IMG/VR virus record: IMGVR_UViG_3300027782_000254
Span: 1 to 30,763 of that record
Length of the DNA: 30,763 nucleotides
DNA from: a virus
Taxonomy: Duplodnaviria > Caudoviricetes
Direction: 5' to 3' (one strand)
Shown in pieces: positions 11,901 through 19,574 of the stretch (position 1 is its first letter; each line of letters starts with the position of its first letter). Under the pieces are notes generated by a model. The model saw nothing but the letters and a program-made list of their open reading frames with translations, was not told where the DNA came from and did no database searches. Position numbers and translations under genes: made by a program.

Positions 11901-14900
11901 ATAATTTTAAATCAGTTATGCAGTCTGACACTGCACTGATAAATCTACAAATTAGAAAAAATCTAGAATCTCAGATTCCTGTACACAACGAATATCAATT
12001 GCTCACCGAAGGCGTGGCTGATAGTTTGCCTTCTTCTAAACTAGAAAACAAATGGATTGATAGTCTTGTAGGTTCGGATATTGCCGGCAACAGAATTCCG
12101 GATATATCACTGCCAGCTAAACAAAAATACGGAATCGAATATCGCCCCCGTCAGACCATGTTCGTTGATAGAATTTTAGCACTGAAAATTGTCATAGAAT
12201 ATATCAATAACATTTTACAAAAAGAAACGTTTGCAGAAACCATAGATTTTACCAATCTTAGTAGTGTAGACACTGTGCCTAGTTCTGCATTAAATCTGTA
12301 TGATGTGGTGGTAGACACTGATATCGATCTTCAGACCGTGGGAACAACCAACACACGTCGTGCAGTTCTACGAGGCAATCTAATCAATGGTGAATTAGAC
12401 ACCATAGATATTGTGGATCCGGGATATGGTTACAAACCTAAAGAATTGTTTGATCAAGAACAGAGTGGAATTTATCTAGGCCCTCCAATTACTATATCTG
12501 GAGACGGAATCAATGCTACAGCAGTATGCCATATTGATGGTCAAGGTCGTGTTATTGCTGTGGTGGTAACTAATCGCGGTAAAAAATACAGTAGCATAAC
12601 AATTCAGGTAAGATACTTTTCTGTGTTGGTTAATAACGATGCTACTCTAAATAATTTTTGGAGTATATATTCTTGGGATGATTTGCGAAAAGTATATTTC
12701 CGTAGCAAATCACAATCTTTTGATACAACCAAATATTGGAGTAAAATAGATTGGGTTCGCATAGGATATGACAGCAATCTTCGAATAATTAAAGAATTGA
12801 ATAGTATCTACGAGATAGTCGATGCTCAAATTGCTATCGGTGATATTATAAAAGTCAAAGAATATGCTGCCGGCGGTTGGGCTGTATTTGAAAAAATCTC
12901 TGATACTGCTGAGTTGTTCCTAGATAGATATCTATTAGTCAGTAGACAACTTGGCACTATTCAAATAAATTCCTCATTATATAATACAGGCGTAACTGGA
13001 GTTGGGTTTGATAATACACAGGCATTTGACACTACAACATATGACATTGAAAATTCCAAAGAATTAAGAAATATCTTTACAGCAATCAAAGAACAAGTGT
13101 TTATCGGCGACTATTCAGTAGAATGGAACAAATTATTTTTTGCTTCAATACGCCATGTGTTCAGCGAACAGCAGTATGTAGATTGGGTATTCAAAACCAG
13201 TTTTCTAAATGCCACGCATAACATCGGAACACTAGCAAGTCCGCCAAATTACAAAAATGATAATTTATCGAGTTATCAAGAATACATCAACGAAGTTAAA
13301 CCATTTAGAACCACAGTTAGAGAGTATATCAGTCGTTATACCCAACCAGAAACATATTCATCAGCGGTGGCTGATTTTGATTTACCACCAGTGTATTCGG
13401 TATCGGATGGTCGTGCCAACCCTGTTAATTCGTCATCCGCAGAAATATCGCAGTACCCGTGGAAATGGTGGGCAGATAATAATGCCTACACCGTGACTGC
13501 TATAGAAGTGTATCGTTCGGGCTCAGACTACACAACGCCTCCTAAGGTGTTGATTAGCGGAACAGGCACCGGAGCCACTGCCAAAGCATTTATCTCCAAC
13601 GGTAGAGTTTCAAGCATACAAGTACTAACTGCCGGCTCCGGGTATACCGCAGCACCGACGATCACGCTAGTAGGCGGAAATGCTCCTACCTCTATTCAAG
13701 CCAAGGCAGTGGCAGTTATAGGCGATTCCCAAGTTCGAACATTTGATGTTTCAGTAAAATTTGATAGAATTTCTACAGGCGGAATTTACAACACATTTTC
13801 ACAGACACAGACATTTATAGCTACCGGTAGCAGTGCTGTGTTCCTGCTGAATTACTCACCGACTAATGACAAAACTAAAATCAGAGTAATACAGAAATCA
13901 TCGTCAACTAAAAAAACACAAGTAGTATTGGCCAGCGAATACACAATCAGTCTATATTATCAAGCTACTGACAGCTATTCTTTATTGCGAGGAAAATTAG
14001 TTTTTAACACAGCCCCGCCTAAAGATGATGAAATCACAGTGACCTATGACAAAAACATTCTGTTATTAGATGCGGTGAATAGAATCAACCAAACCTACAC
14101 ACCCAAAGCAGGCATGATAGGAAAAGAACTAAATCAGTTAATGACAGGTATCGACTTTGGCGGAGTCAGAATCCAAGGAACCACATTTGATGTCACTGGT
14201 GGATGGGATGCTCTACCTTGGTTCACAGACAATTGGGATTCAGTAGAGTCTAGTTCGGATTATTATCATGTTGCCGATGGCAGTACCAGCACAGTAACAC
14301 TACCGTATATTCCAGCTGCTGGCCAACAAATCAACATCTATATCAAACGAAAGAACACTAATATCACTGTACGTGTTGATGATGAAAACTATTCACCTGC
14401 ACAAGATTCTAGCACAGGCACAAATCCAACAGCAGAAATGCCAACATTTGTCGGTGATGGCGTAAATGCAGTGGTAGAGATTGGTGAATATCTAAGTACT
14501 GTAGACGGTGATATTCTTATATTCCGTCCTATAGAAAGTGATGGATCTGTAGTTATAACAGATGACAATATTCTAGATACCAAACTCAGTGGAGGATCGT
14601 TGTCGTCAATCAGCGGCGCCTACATCACAGCCACTGGTATGACTTCAGAAGAAATAGCTATCACCGGAGGTAAATTTATAGATCCTAATGTGGTACCGGC
14701 ACCCGAAGAAAACGTTCCGGGGCAGGTCATAGAAAGTGTTTCAATTAAGGTATACAATAATGCAGTATCTGGCGCAGCATCACTGCAATCCAATGTAAAA
14801 ATAGCTAATGGCACAGATACAGAATTTGCCATAGGGCAAACTGTATTAGAAACTCAGTCAGTGTTTGTGTATGTGTCTAACACACCAAGAACCATTGACA

Positions 14901-16762
14901 CACATTATACTATCAATCTTGAAACAAACACTGTAAACTTTGTAGCAGCTCCGCTGGTAGATGAATTTGTGGAAATACTTAGTATAGGTATTGGCGGTGT
15001 TGGTATTTTAGATTATCAAAGCTATACCGCAGATGGTGCCACTGGCCTGTTCTTAACCAATGCCAATTATGATAACACCAGCAGTGTATTTGTTAGTGTA
15101 AATGGCACACAGGTCGATGTGGGATTCCGCAACAGCACAGATGTAGTTGATGCTGTGGGTAAAACTTTGGTAGAGTTTGGAATCACACCTCAAGTAGGCG
15201 ACATAGTTAAAATAGTATGTTTAGAATCAACAGCTGATATAGATAGTTCGGGATTGTCTCTAGTACAGGTTAATACTCAAACTTTCTTCTTTGAAGGAAG
15301 TACAAGAACTTTTGAGATTACTGGATTTAGTGAATTAACCAGAGGCTCAAATCTAAGCTCAATGATAGTCGAAGCCAACGGCCAGTTGTTGAAAGGACCT
15401 GATACAGTTTATGCTGTCTACGACGGTACCAACAATGTATTCTCTCTAGGAGTGGATCCGCTCGAACCTGGCGGCAGTATATTACCGGCAAATCTAAAAG
15501 TGTTAGTAAACAATGTACTTAGAACATTTATTGTGGATTACACTCTAGATGGACCTGCTAAAGTAGTAACTGTTAACGCAGCCAAGTTATCTATCGGCGA
15601 CGCTATTAAGATTGAAAATGATCTAAGGGCAGAATATTCTATACAAGATAACACTATCACTGTCGACTCCGCATTTGACTTTGGATTCCCAGGAGATTCT
15701 ACAGTATCTGATTCAACATATCCTGCAGTTAATGTTACTTGGTTTGGTGAATACCCGTCTATGGATATTATCCAAGATGAAAGTAGTGGAGGTCAAGTAC
15801 AGTATAAATTATCAAGATCTCCGATTTCAGTAAGTTATGTGTGGGTATACAAAAACGGTCTTCGTTTGAGACAAGACAAAGACTTTTATGTGAGTTTGCC
15901 TAGAGCGGTGGTATATATCACAGCAAACACAACCCCTGCAGATACTATAAAAATTATAAACTTTGCCAATGACGTCTTTAGATTACCGTCGGCCTATGAG
16001 ATTCACAAAGACATGTTAAATGTGTTTCATTACAATAGATTTTCAAAAGATGGATGCAAATTAACCAAGGTACTAAACTACTACGACACTAGTATAGAAG
16101 TTACTGATGCTACTAACCTGTCTCAGCCAATAGCCAGCAGAAATGTACCGGGTGCGGTATTCATACAAGGCGAACGCATTGAATACATGTCAAAGTCAGG
16201 TAACATATTAAGTCAACTACGCAGAGGTGCTCAAGGAACATCTATAGCAAATACATATGCCCTAGGTACAGCAGTAGTTGACGTGGGATACCGCGAGGTG
16301 ATACCTTACAATGAAGTTCAGCAAAGAACTGATTTTACCAGTGACGGTAGCACACTGTTAATTGGCCCGCTCGACTTTGTGCCTCAGAAAGGTACTAGAA
16401 GCGGCACCTGGTTTAGAAATACTATACCAGCAACCTATGGTCCTTGTGATCAAATAGAAGTGTTTGCTGCCGGCCGCAGGCTGAAAAAAGATCCTCAATC
16501 TGTTTACGTAGAAGCAAATGGCGCTGCTAGTCCGGCCGCAGATCAGACTCAAGAAGCTGAGTTCAGCGTAGATGGTACCACAGCACAAATACGACTTACT
16601 ACCGTATTGCCGGCGGGTACTCGAATTACTGTGTTGCGAAGACAGGGTAAAACTTGGTATGCTAGGGGAGAAACCACAGCCACAGATGGTACAAGTCTGG
16701 TACATACAGACACCGCTATAGCTAGATTCATTGTGGAAAAGACCACAGCTATACCTGAATAA
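2936..16762 (+). CDS. Giant (4608 aa) virion structural protein, probable gp7-like baseplate wedge fused to adhesin modules
   Basis: Uninterrupted 13.8 kb ORF starting 1 nt after the gp6-like stop (TAA-T-ATG). It carries LYQGFIREKGTANSVTKIFNKL (KGT at 8411), resembling the gp7/P2 gpI wedge motif. Also present: FG-GAP-like repeats (9446-11150), CBM5/12-like repeats, 'GSGYT..P.I.I.G.G.GATA' repeats (~12400-12600, ~13490-13720) typical of T4-like phage structural proteins, and Ig-like repeats in the C-terminal third. Confidence 0.75.
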   Translation: MADKFPNSQLPIRRSVELLPVIFQTPANDKFLSAVVDPLIQPGLLDKVVGYVGRRYGKTYNSNDVYVDTNGTLRSSYQLEPGVIFKNHDKIENFYDYIDVKNQLKFFGNTIENDDKITSQTHYTWNPPIDWDKFINYREYYWEPAGPRSINITGQSANINSTYKVVLGTTKNSFVFTPDAYTNNPTLTLYRGQTYKFRVNAPAEGFAIRTNFDTGSLLFQPNRNYVQGNLVVYDSKLWRAVRDVTSFDASSITVDSEDWQYVESASEGSALDYNNGITNNGIENGTLTFVVPYDAPDTLYYQSKITPDAFGRFVIADIEENTFVNVDIEIIGKTTYTSGNGIEFSNGMIVEFLGNISPAIYAKDSWLVEGVGTAITLTRFSDLVVPVLSTEVPEVLFDNEGFDTQPFDDATEYAAFKDYITIARDSADNNPWSRYNRWFHRSVLEKSYQLRGQDFPANEAARAKRPIIEFRAGLQLFNHGSTAKQTVDYIDTATTDVFSIIEGSKGYNIDGEFLFEGARVLVVADKDKLVNNKIYTVEFITHNSVAQIHLRESNDTESILGQGVTVRRGTVNKGLMFHFNGTDWVPSQPKTAVNQSPKFDVYDSNEISFGDPATYADTEFTGSNILSYKPGTARIDKELGFKISYLNIDNIGDIEFNWNWDTETFRYSIDKSPVLKKISTGFYRFGSDRYANGWQQLNSTYIQPIIDDQVVEIATDTLVFNTVSWESLSGDPEINFYLNGSRYTGTWTRTRGTFVFSTPFAVNDVVVIKLITDIEPDQGYYEMPVGLEKNPFNTPIESFTLGQAVAHISSAVEWDSEYTGKLPGSSNLRDLEDYRLLAGRFLKHSGNVPLAVMALCDKTHNIIKSISYAKKEYTDFKNNFLQRAIEIDFNDEIVDFVDDIINSLTAVKTAKDAFADSDMIGAGAYTALQTVVEDIGIKVFSLTTPFDLKTPSTRAVYVYKNSVQLINTQDYEFDSTFSFVKLKISLAEGDTIEIREYLSTATNYIPPTPTSMGLYKKYTPTKFLDDTYQEPRYVIQGHDGSITAAYNDFRDDLLLELELRIYNNIKQEYDPAVFDIDQILAGYYGVGEYSKSQLDGIVVQDFLKWIQNTNINYTLNEYFDSENSFTYTYSNMSDPTKTKNIPGWWRGVYQHFYDTDRPHRCPWEMLGFSQKPDWWQEEYGAAPYTSNNLILWEDLEAGIIRQGVRAGRHDRYKRPGLISHIPVDGDGKLLSPLDSNLAQDFSLINNRGPFVLGDVSPTEYAWRSSSEWPYAIVTAMCLMKPFEYIPDNFDRSRIVKNKLDQYVNSTTNLFVTIADISPYVTNSTASGLVKYLTSYTKSQGLDKDSLQVKIEKLDVALSFRMSGFVDQQQQKYLLDSKNPASTTSGIFIPSENYDIIFNVSSPVTTVSYSGVRLEKTAGGWILAGYDDIHPYFNYHQAQASSKDPVISVGGSSEAFTDWIADKNYNNGTLVRYQSNFYRALKTHTSAGEFDRSQWQKLGDVPKIGAIEAQRRRVFNTLSVRQISYGTLLTSIQEVVDLLLGYESYLKTQGIIFDNYDPQNATSQDWLSAAKEFMFWTKHNWESGAIIALSPSAQKLEISVPIGTPDNLLDGFYDYQILKGDGTPLAPRFLNVNRGFQNLKIETTNTTDGIYYARLHYVIKEHVTVFDDRTVFNDIIYDKPTGYRQGRIKMQAFRTVDWDGDYTSPGFIFDNVDIQTWKPFNDYKLGDIVSYKSYDWTSLVNQLGTETFNDANWSKLDSKPVKQLVSNFDYKIKQFSDYFETSSQGLDQSQRELARHAIGYQQRDYLQNLAEDSVSQFQLYQGFIREKGTANSVTKIFNKLSRSGSDSIVLNEEWAFRLGQVGGVDQFSEIEIQLEKNRFKLDPQPHLVTSSETLNALDQYYRFTASDFTISSIPYTVDILPTTVDLEPELTAGYVSSGQYQHVIGTIDQLTSLDITTVDENDHIWVTFNDDSWQMLRVNESPLLYVTEAVRIDDTVVTLTLNRPHSVTVDDYVGFREIVNLSGFFKVSEVTNTTITVVVAADVGDPELDVSTTVNIQLLTTARFADYAAVDQHPAALLKSKSLVFVDNNGSDRWEVVQKNKLYTSKSIADFGTSAPLLTGSKVVYDNINKHIISSLPGSGFVNVYVETDTGLSLKQIIAPPVGFYDIALGSFGEKMAVSPDGKYLVISAPTASGVINRYMGEWQTEAAYEQNDIVLYAGRLYRALNANGNFAGLGDGSTQVAINSDDWVPHTTIIPAETAARNPGYYQQGMVVVYEFVSGRYIHATAFVSPRPTDNEKFGSEITIGVNGTEYYLAVSAIGAYNNTGRVYLIKYTGTEWTHMENPLYKGIYNLFDSYKQGEIVWQASQDPVGEAARGNLWQSLDGSTSDGSTITLDSQNWLKVSDISTHCSLPTNIAVEDDGSTLEFTTTGLLTDTQKAELVKQGDQFGFSMTMSSDGSILVIGAPDSDGAYFANYRGLWRADVEYVEGETVRYRGSPSESYQYYELGQPVGFDSSVYRSYGEDPSDSYVWQQVGDSTTTASGKIFVYKKTEYDSYELTQMINAGSLTSFTDIDSGLVISTGDQFGFSMDMDSNGTVLAVACPRSDVNYQDQGAVYVLELDQPVTEFRVKQRLQSYEIYANEYFGFAVSVSPDGAKIAVGARNTKTPFPVNFDLLEGTTFDNSRTRFYVEQGFTGGVYVFDRKAQIFFLTEKLDSDLQADESFGHSIDCIGTKLLVGSPYYKNSVTNTYQGIVRLFTSNAAGASWTTLTDQQPLVDLRKIKKIELYDNVKNVKIQDIDYIDAARGKILNIAEQEIKYKTPYDPAVYTVGTASVVVDPTINWLEKNVGKLWWNTGTAKFQYAEQKDSAYRIGNWNQPVQGASIDVYEWVETVLLPNEWAALADTNAGLAQGVSGQPLYPNNDVYSVKFFFSSTTGEVSETLYYYWVRSKAVTPSNMADRKRSAAEVANLISNPAGTGIAFVAFLQSDKFLSYNFKSVMQSDTALINLQIRKNLESQIPVHNEYQLLTEGVADSLPSSKLENKWIDSLVGSDIAGNRIPDISLPAKQKYGIEYRPRQTMFVDRILALKIVIEYINNILQKETFAETIDFTNLSSVDTVPSSALNLYDVVVDTDIDLQTVGTTNTRRAVLRGNLINGELDTIDIVDPGYGYKPKELFDQEQSGIYLGPPITISGDGINATAVCHIDGQGRVIAVVVTNRGKKYSSITIQVRYFSVLVNNDATLNNFWSIYSWDDLRKVYFRSKSQSFDTTKYWSKIDWVRIGYDSNLRIIKELNSIYEIVDAQIAIGDIIKVKEYAAGGWAVFEKISDTAELFLDRYLLVSRQLGTIQINSSLYNTGVTGVGFDNTQAFDTTTYDIENSKELRNIFTAIKEQVFIGDYSVEWNKLFFASIRHVFSEQQYVDWVFKTSFLNATHNIGTLASPPNYKNDNLSSYQEYINEVKPFRTTVREYISRYTQPETYSSAVADFDLPPVYSVSDGRANPVNSSSAEISQYPWKWWADNNAYTVTAIEVYRSGSDYTTPPKVLISGTGTGATAKAFISNGRVSSIQVLTAGSGYTAAPTITLVGGNAPTSIQAKAVAVIGDSQVRTFDVSVKFDRISTGGIYNTFSQTQTFIATGSSAVFLLNYSPTNDKTKIRVIQKSSSTKKTQVVLASEYTISLYYQATDSYSLLRGKLVFNTAPPKDDEITVTYDKNILLLDAVNRINQTYTPKAGMIGKELNQLMTGIDFGGVRIQGTTFDVTGGWDALPWFTDNWDSVESSSDYYHVADGSTSTVTLPYIPAAGQQINIYIKRKNTNITVRVDDENYSPAQDSSTGTNPTAEMPTFVGDGVNAVVEIGEYLSTVDGDILIFRPIESDGSVVITDDNILDTKLSGGSLSSISGAYITATGMTSEEIAITGGKFIDPNVVPAPEENVPGQVIESVSIKVYNNAVSGAASLQSNVKIANGTDTEFAIGQTVLETQSVFVYVSNTPRTIDTHYTINLETNTVNFVAAPLVDEFVEILSIGIGGVGILDYQSYTADGATGLFLTNANYDNTSSVFVSVNGTQVDVGFRNSTDVVDAVGKTLVEFGITPQVGDIVKIVCLESTADIDSSGLSLVQVNTQTFFFEGSTRTFEITGFSELTRGSNLSSMIVEANGQLLKGPDTVYAVYDGTNNVFSLGVDPLEPGGSILPANLKVLVNNVLRTFIVDYTLDGPAKVVTVNAAKLSIGDAIKIENDLRAEYSIQDNTITVDSAFDFGFPGDSTVSDSTYPAVNVTWFGEYPSMDIIQDESSGGQVQYKLSRSPISVSYVWVYKNGLRLRQDKDFYVSLPRAVVYITANTTPADTIKIINFANDVFRLPSAYEIHKDMLNVFHYNRFSKDGCKLTKVLNYYDTSIEVTDATNLSQPIASRNVPGAVFIQGERIEYMSKSGNILSQLRRGAQGTSIANTYALGTAVVDVGYREVIPYNEVQQRTDFTSDGSTLLIGPLDFVPQKGTRSGTWFRNTIPATYGPCDQIEVFAAGRRLKKDPQSVYVEANGAASPAADQTQEAEFSVDGTTAQIRLTTVLPAGTRITVLRRQGKTWYARGETTATDGTSLVHTDTAIARFIVEKTTAIPE
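9260..11200 (+). repeat. FG-GAP/integrin-alpha-like beta-propeller repeats within the giant ORF (6 clear blades plus 1 degenerate)
   Basis: FGEKMAVSPDGKYLVISAP (9446), FGSEITIGVNGTEYYLAVSAIG (9827), FGFSMTMSSDGSILVIGAP (10271), FGFSMDMDSNGTVLAVACP (10682), FGFAVSVSPDGAKIAVGAR (10859) and FGHSIDCIGTKLLVGSP (11096), each later followed by a G.V.(V/L)(Y/F)-type strand. A degenerate first blade reads TGSKVVYDNINKHIISSLPGSGFVNVY (~9287). Confidence 0.75.
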
Positions 16763-16765
16763 ATA
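16758..16765 (+). promoter_or_regulatory. T4-type late promoter-like box (AATAAATA)
   Basis: Matches the TAAATA core of the T4 gp55 late promoter TATAAATA. It overlaps the stop codon of the giant gene and lies 25 nt before the ATG at 16791. The same core recurs at three other gene junctions. Confidence 0.6.
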
Positions 16766-16790
16766 CATGATGGAACAAAAAGAGATCAAA

Positions 16791-17441
16791 ATGCCAAACA
16801 ATCAAGATCAACCAGTAGTCAGTCCTCAAGCTCGCCCCAACGAAACAGGCGGGTTTCATTTTGAAGGACATATAAAAATCCATGATCCTGTAACTAAAGA
16901 AGTTTTTGTAGATAAACGAAACGCTATTCACTACGAAAATATGAGTGTGGCCATGGTTAACAGTTTAAGCAATCAAGGTTATGGAACAGTATATCAAATG
17001 ATTTTCGGTACAGGTGGAACTACTGTAGACCCTACAGGACTTATTACATACCTTACTCCGAACACCGTCGGAGTAAATTCTAGTCTATATAATCAAACCT
17101 ATCAAAAGGTGGTGGATCAAAACGCTATTGAAAATCAAGATCCGATTAGAAACAAGATGGAAATTAGACACATCAGTGGCGCCACCTACAGTGATATTTT
17201 GATTAGTTGTTTGCTGGATTACGGCGAACCTTTAGATCAAGAAGCCTTTGACAACAGTGTAGATATGAATGGTGAATTTGTATTTGATGAATTAGGATTA
17301 AAAGGGCTCGGACCAAACACATCAGACGGAAAGCTATTGACACACGTTATATTTCATCCGGTACAAAAAAGTTTGAACAGATTACTGCAGATAGACTACA
17401 CTATACGTGTGCAGAGTTTAACTGGCTTTGCTGAGGTATAA
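16791..17441 (+). CDS. Putative baseplate / fibre-attachment structural protein
   Basis: The ORF track start at 16731 overlaps the upstream gene. ATG 16791 (preceded by AAGAGA and downstream of the TAAATA box) is preferred; 16767 and 16770 are alternatives. The pattern MIFGTGG...SLYNQTYQK...FVFDELGL...LLTHVIFHPVQK...IDYTIRV loosely resembles DUF3751-type tail-fibre N-terminal/baseplate proteins. It sits between the wedge and fibre genes. Confidence 0.55.
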   Translation: MPNNQDQPVVSPQARPNETGGFHFEGHIKIHDPVTKEVFVDKRNAIHYENMSVAMVNSLSNQGYGTVYQMIFGTGGTTVDPTGLITYLTPNTVGVNSSLYNQTYQKVVDQNAIENQDPIRNKMEIRHISGATYSDILISCLLDYGEPLDQEAFDNSVDMNGEFVFDELGLKGLGPNTSDGKLLTHVIFHPVQKSLNRLLQIDYTIRVQSLTGFAEV

Positions 17442-17443
17442 CC

Positions 17444-19561
17444 ATGCCATATATAGTTAATTTTACAGATAACCAAAACAAAAGTCCTATCACAGTATTT
17501 GATAATACTTCTAGCACAGACACCAGCCTAGTCTTTCCTGGCCGAAATGTCACCGGCTACGGACAGATCATAGCAGAAAACTTTTTATCATTGCTAGAAA
17601 ATTTTGCATCCACTGACCAACCGGTAAATCCAGTAGAAGGACAGTTATGGTATGACAGCACCGGCGGCTCACAGACTCTAAAAATCTGGGATAACACAGC
17701 ATGGAAAGCAGCTTCGGGTATACAGAAAGGTGTTAGTCAACCTGCGGTTGAGAACAGCAAAGTTGGCGAACTTTGGGTAGATACCACAAATCAACAACTG
17801 CGGATATTTACTGGTACAAGATGGATTCTAGTTGGTCCTACTGAAAGTTCAGTGGGCGGTTTAAGGTACGGTCCAGTTATAGAAAAAATAGCCGACTCGG
17901 ATAACGTAGATAGATTTATATTGGTATTTTATATTGCTGATATTCCTGTAATTGTTATAAGCAAAGATAGCTTTACTCCTAAAACTTTAATAACTGGATT
18001 TGACACAGTGCGGTCGGGGATAAACATAAGTACTCCTGCTGACGCTGCCGAAATAGCTAATTTTGTAGGTGGATTTTTACCCCTGCTCAACGGTACTGCT
18101 AAAAATGCTCAAGCACTATTAGTAGGTGGAGTAGAAAAAGCTGCAGGAACATTTCTTAGATCAGATACCATCAACACTACTGACTATGAAATAAAAATAA
18201 AAAACAACAACGGCCTTTCTATCGGAGTTGACGAAACATTTAAACTATTATCAACTGAATCATCTAGTAGTATATATAACTCTGCAGCAGGCAGCTCGCT
18301 TGATTTGCAGACTAACAGAAACGGAATCCCTGCAACAATACTTAGAGTAGTGGATAATCTTGTAGGAATAAATCAAGAAAATCCAACAGAATCTCTAGAT
18401 GTTATTGGTAATTTTAAACTCACAGGAACACTGGTATCTACCAACACCACAGCTAGTACTAATTTGAATAATGGTAGTATACGTACCCCAGGTGGCGCAG
18501 CGATTACTAAAAATCTAATTGTAGGAGATGGCATAGATGTTACTGGAGTTCTACAAACCAACACTATTCAACCAAAACTTACTAATACCTATGATTTAGG
18601 CACTGATCTAAGAAGATTTAACAACATACGTGCTAAAACCGTTATAGCAGATACTATTCAGGGTGTGCTGGAAGGAAATATCAGCGGCAATGCTAATACT
18701 GCTACTGCCCTAAGCACACCAACGACTTTTCAACTAGCAGGTGATGTAGTGTCACCTGCTGTGGCTTTTGACGGTCAGGTAGGTCCAGCTACGAAAATCT
18801 TCAATGCTACTCTTACGGCAAACATCATAGCAGGTAAAGATGAACCAGCACCTAATCGAGGCAAAAAGGGAGATTTTGTTCTAACATATAGACCTAGCGA
18901 AAGCACTTTGGCTAGTTCGGGATTATTGAAACAGACTAGAGAAGTGTTCATGGGCGACTTGGCTGTGCCAATTGGTGCAATATTACCTTATGCTGGTGGA
19001 ACAACCCCTGATGGATATTTGTTGTGTGATGGGTCGGAAATTGAAAGATCAAAATACGGTGATTTATACGATGTTATCGGGGTTGTATATAACGGATCCT
19101 CTGCGTTACAAGGTGTGGGAACTTTTAGACTTCCCGACCTTAGAGGTAGATTCGCTCTAGGTAAAGATAACATGGACAATGCTGGAACGGTGCCGACATC
19201 TTCAGGCCCATATGTAGACGCAGGTGGCGGAACAGCAGGCCGTGTTCCAGACGTACAGGCTACGATCCTCGGGGGTGCAGCCGGCCTTAGCTCAGTGGCA
19301 CTGACTTTGGCCAACTTGCCAGAACATAGTCATACTTTGTCAACAGCCACCCAGGATTATGCTGCAATAGCAGTAAGTACGACTCTTGATCCATTAGCTA
19401 CTTCCGGCTTTGGACCCACAGCCCCTGGGCAAGCACAATACCTCAAAGACAGCGGCAATGTCAAAAAACCAGTAGGAGTTACTCTTGGAACTGCTGTGGG
19501 ATTGATGAATCCGTTTCTATCAATGAACTTTATAATCAGATCCGGTCCGCCGGCATTCTAA
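17444..19561 (+). CDS. Tail fibre protein with C-terminal phage tail-collar domain (short-fibre/gp12-like tip)
   Basis: Has the shared fibre N-terminus (GRNVTGYGQIIAENFLSLLENFA). The collar motif PIGAILPYAGGTTPDGYLLCDGSEIERSKYGDLYDVIG...FRLPDLRGRF starts at 18968, followed by LTLANLPEHSH (HxH) and NPFLSMNFII at the C-terminus. GAGG RBS upstream. Confidence 0.85.
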   Translation: MPYIVNFTDNQNKSPITVFDNTSSTDTSLVFPGRNVTGYGQIIAENFLSLLENFASTDQPVNPVEGQLWYDSTGGSQTLKIWDNTAWKAASGIQKGVSQPAVENSKVGELWVDTTNQQLRIFTGTRWILVGPTESSVGGLRYGPVIEKIADSDNVDRFILVFYIADIPVIVISKDSFTPKTLITGFDTVRSGINISTPADAAEIANFVGGFLPLLNGTAKNAQALLVGGVEKAAGTFLRSDTINTTDYEIKIKNNNGLSIGVDETFKLLSTESSSSIYNSAAGSSLDLQTNRNGIPATILRVVDNLVGINQENPTESLDVIGNFKLTGTLVSTNTTASTNLNNGSIRTPGGAAITKNLIVGDGIDVTGVLQTNTIQPKLTNTYDLGTDLRRFNNIRAKTVIADTIQGVLEGNISGNANTATALSTPTTFQLAGDVVSPAVAFDGQVGPATKIFNATLTANIIAGKDEPAPNRGKKGDFVLTYRPSESTLASSGLLKQTREVFMGDLAVPIGAILPYAGGTTPDGYLLCDGSEIERSKYGDLYDVIGVVYNGSSALQGVGTFRLPDLRGRFALGKDNMDNAGTVPTSSGPYVDAGGGTAGRVPDVQATILGGAAGLSSVALTLANLPEHSHTLSTATQDYAAIAVSTTLDPLATSGFGPTAPGQAQYLKDSGNVKKPVGVTLGTAVGLMNPFLSMNFIIRSGPPAF

Positions 19562-19574
19562 CAGGTAAAATAAC

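Noticed and set aside
12646-12653. Internal TCTAAATA late-promoter-like box inside the giant ORF
   Set aside because: No nearby downstream RBS or start for an internal product was evident; likely chance in AT-rich DNA.
16731-16790. ORF-track start of the 236-aa protein at 16731
   Set aside because: It overlaps the end of the giant gene and lies upstream of the TAAATA box. ATG 16791 fits the promoter-to-start spacing seen at the other junctions.
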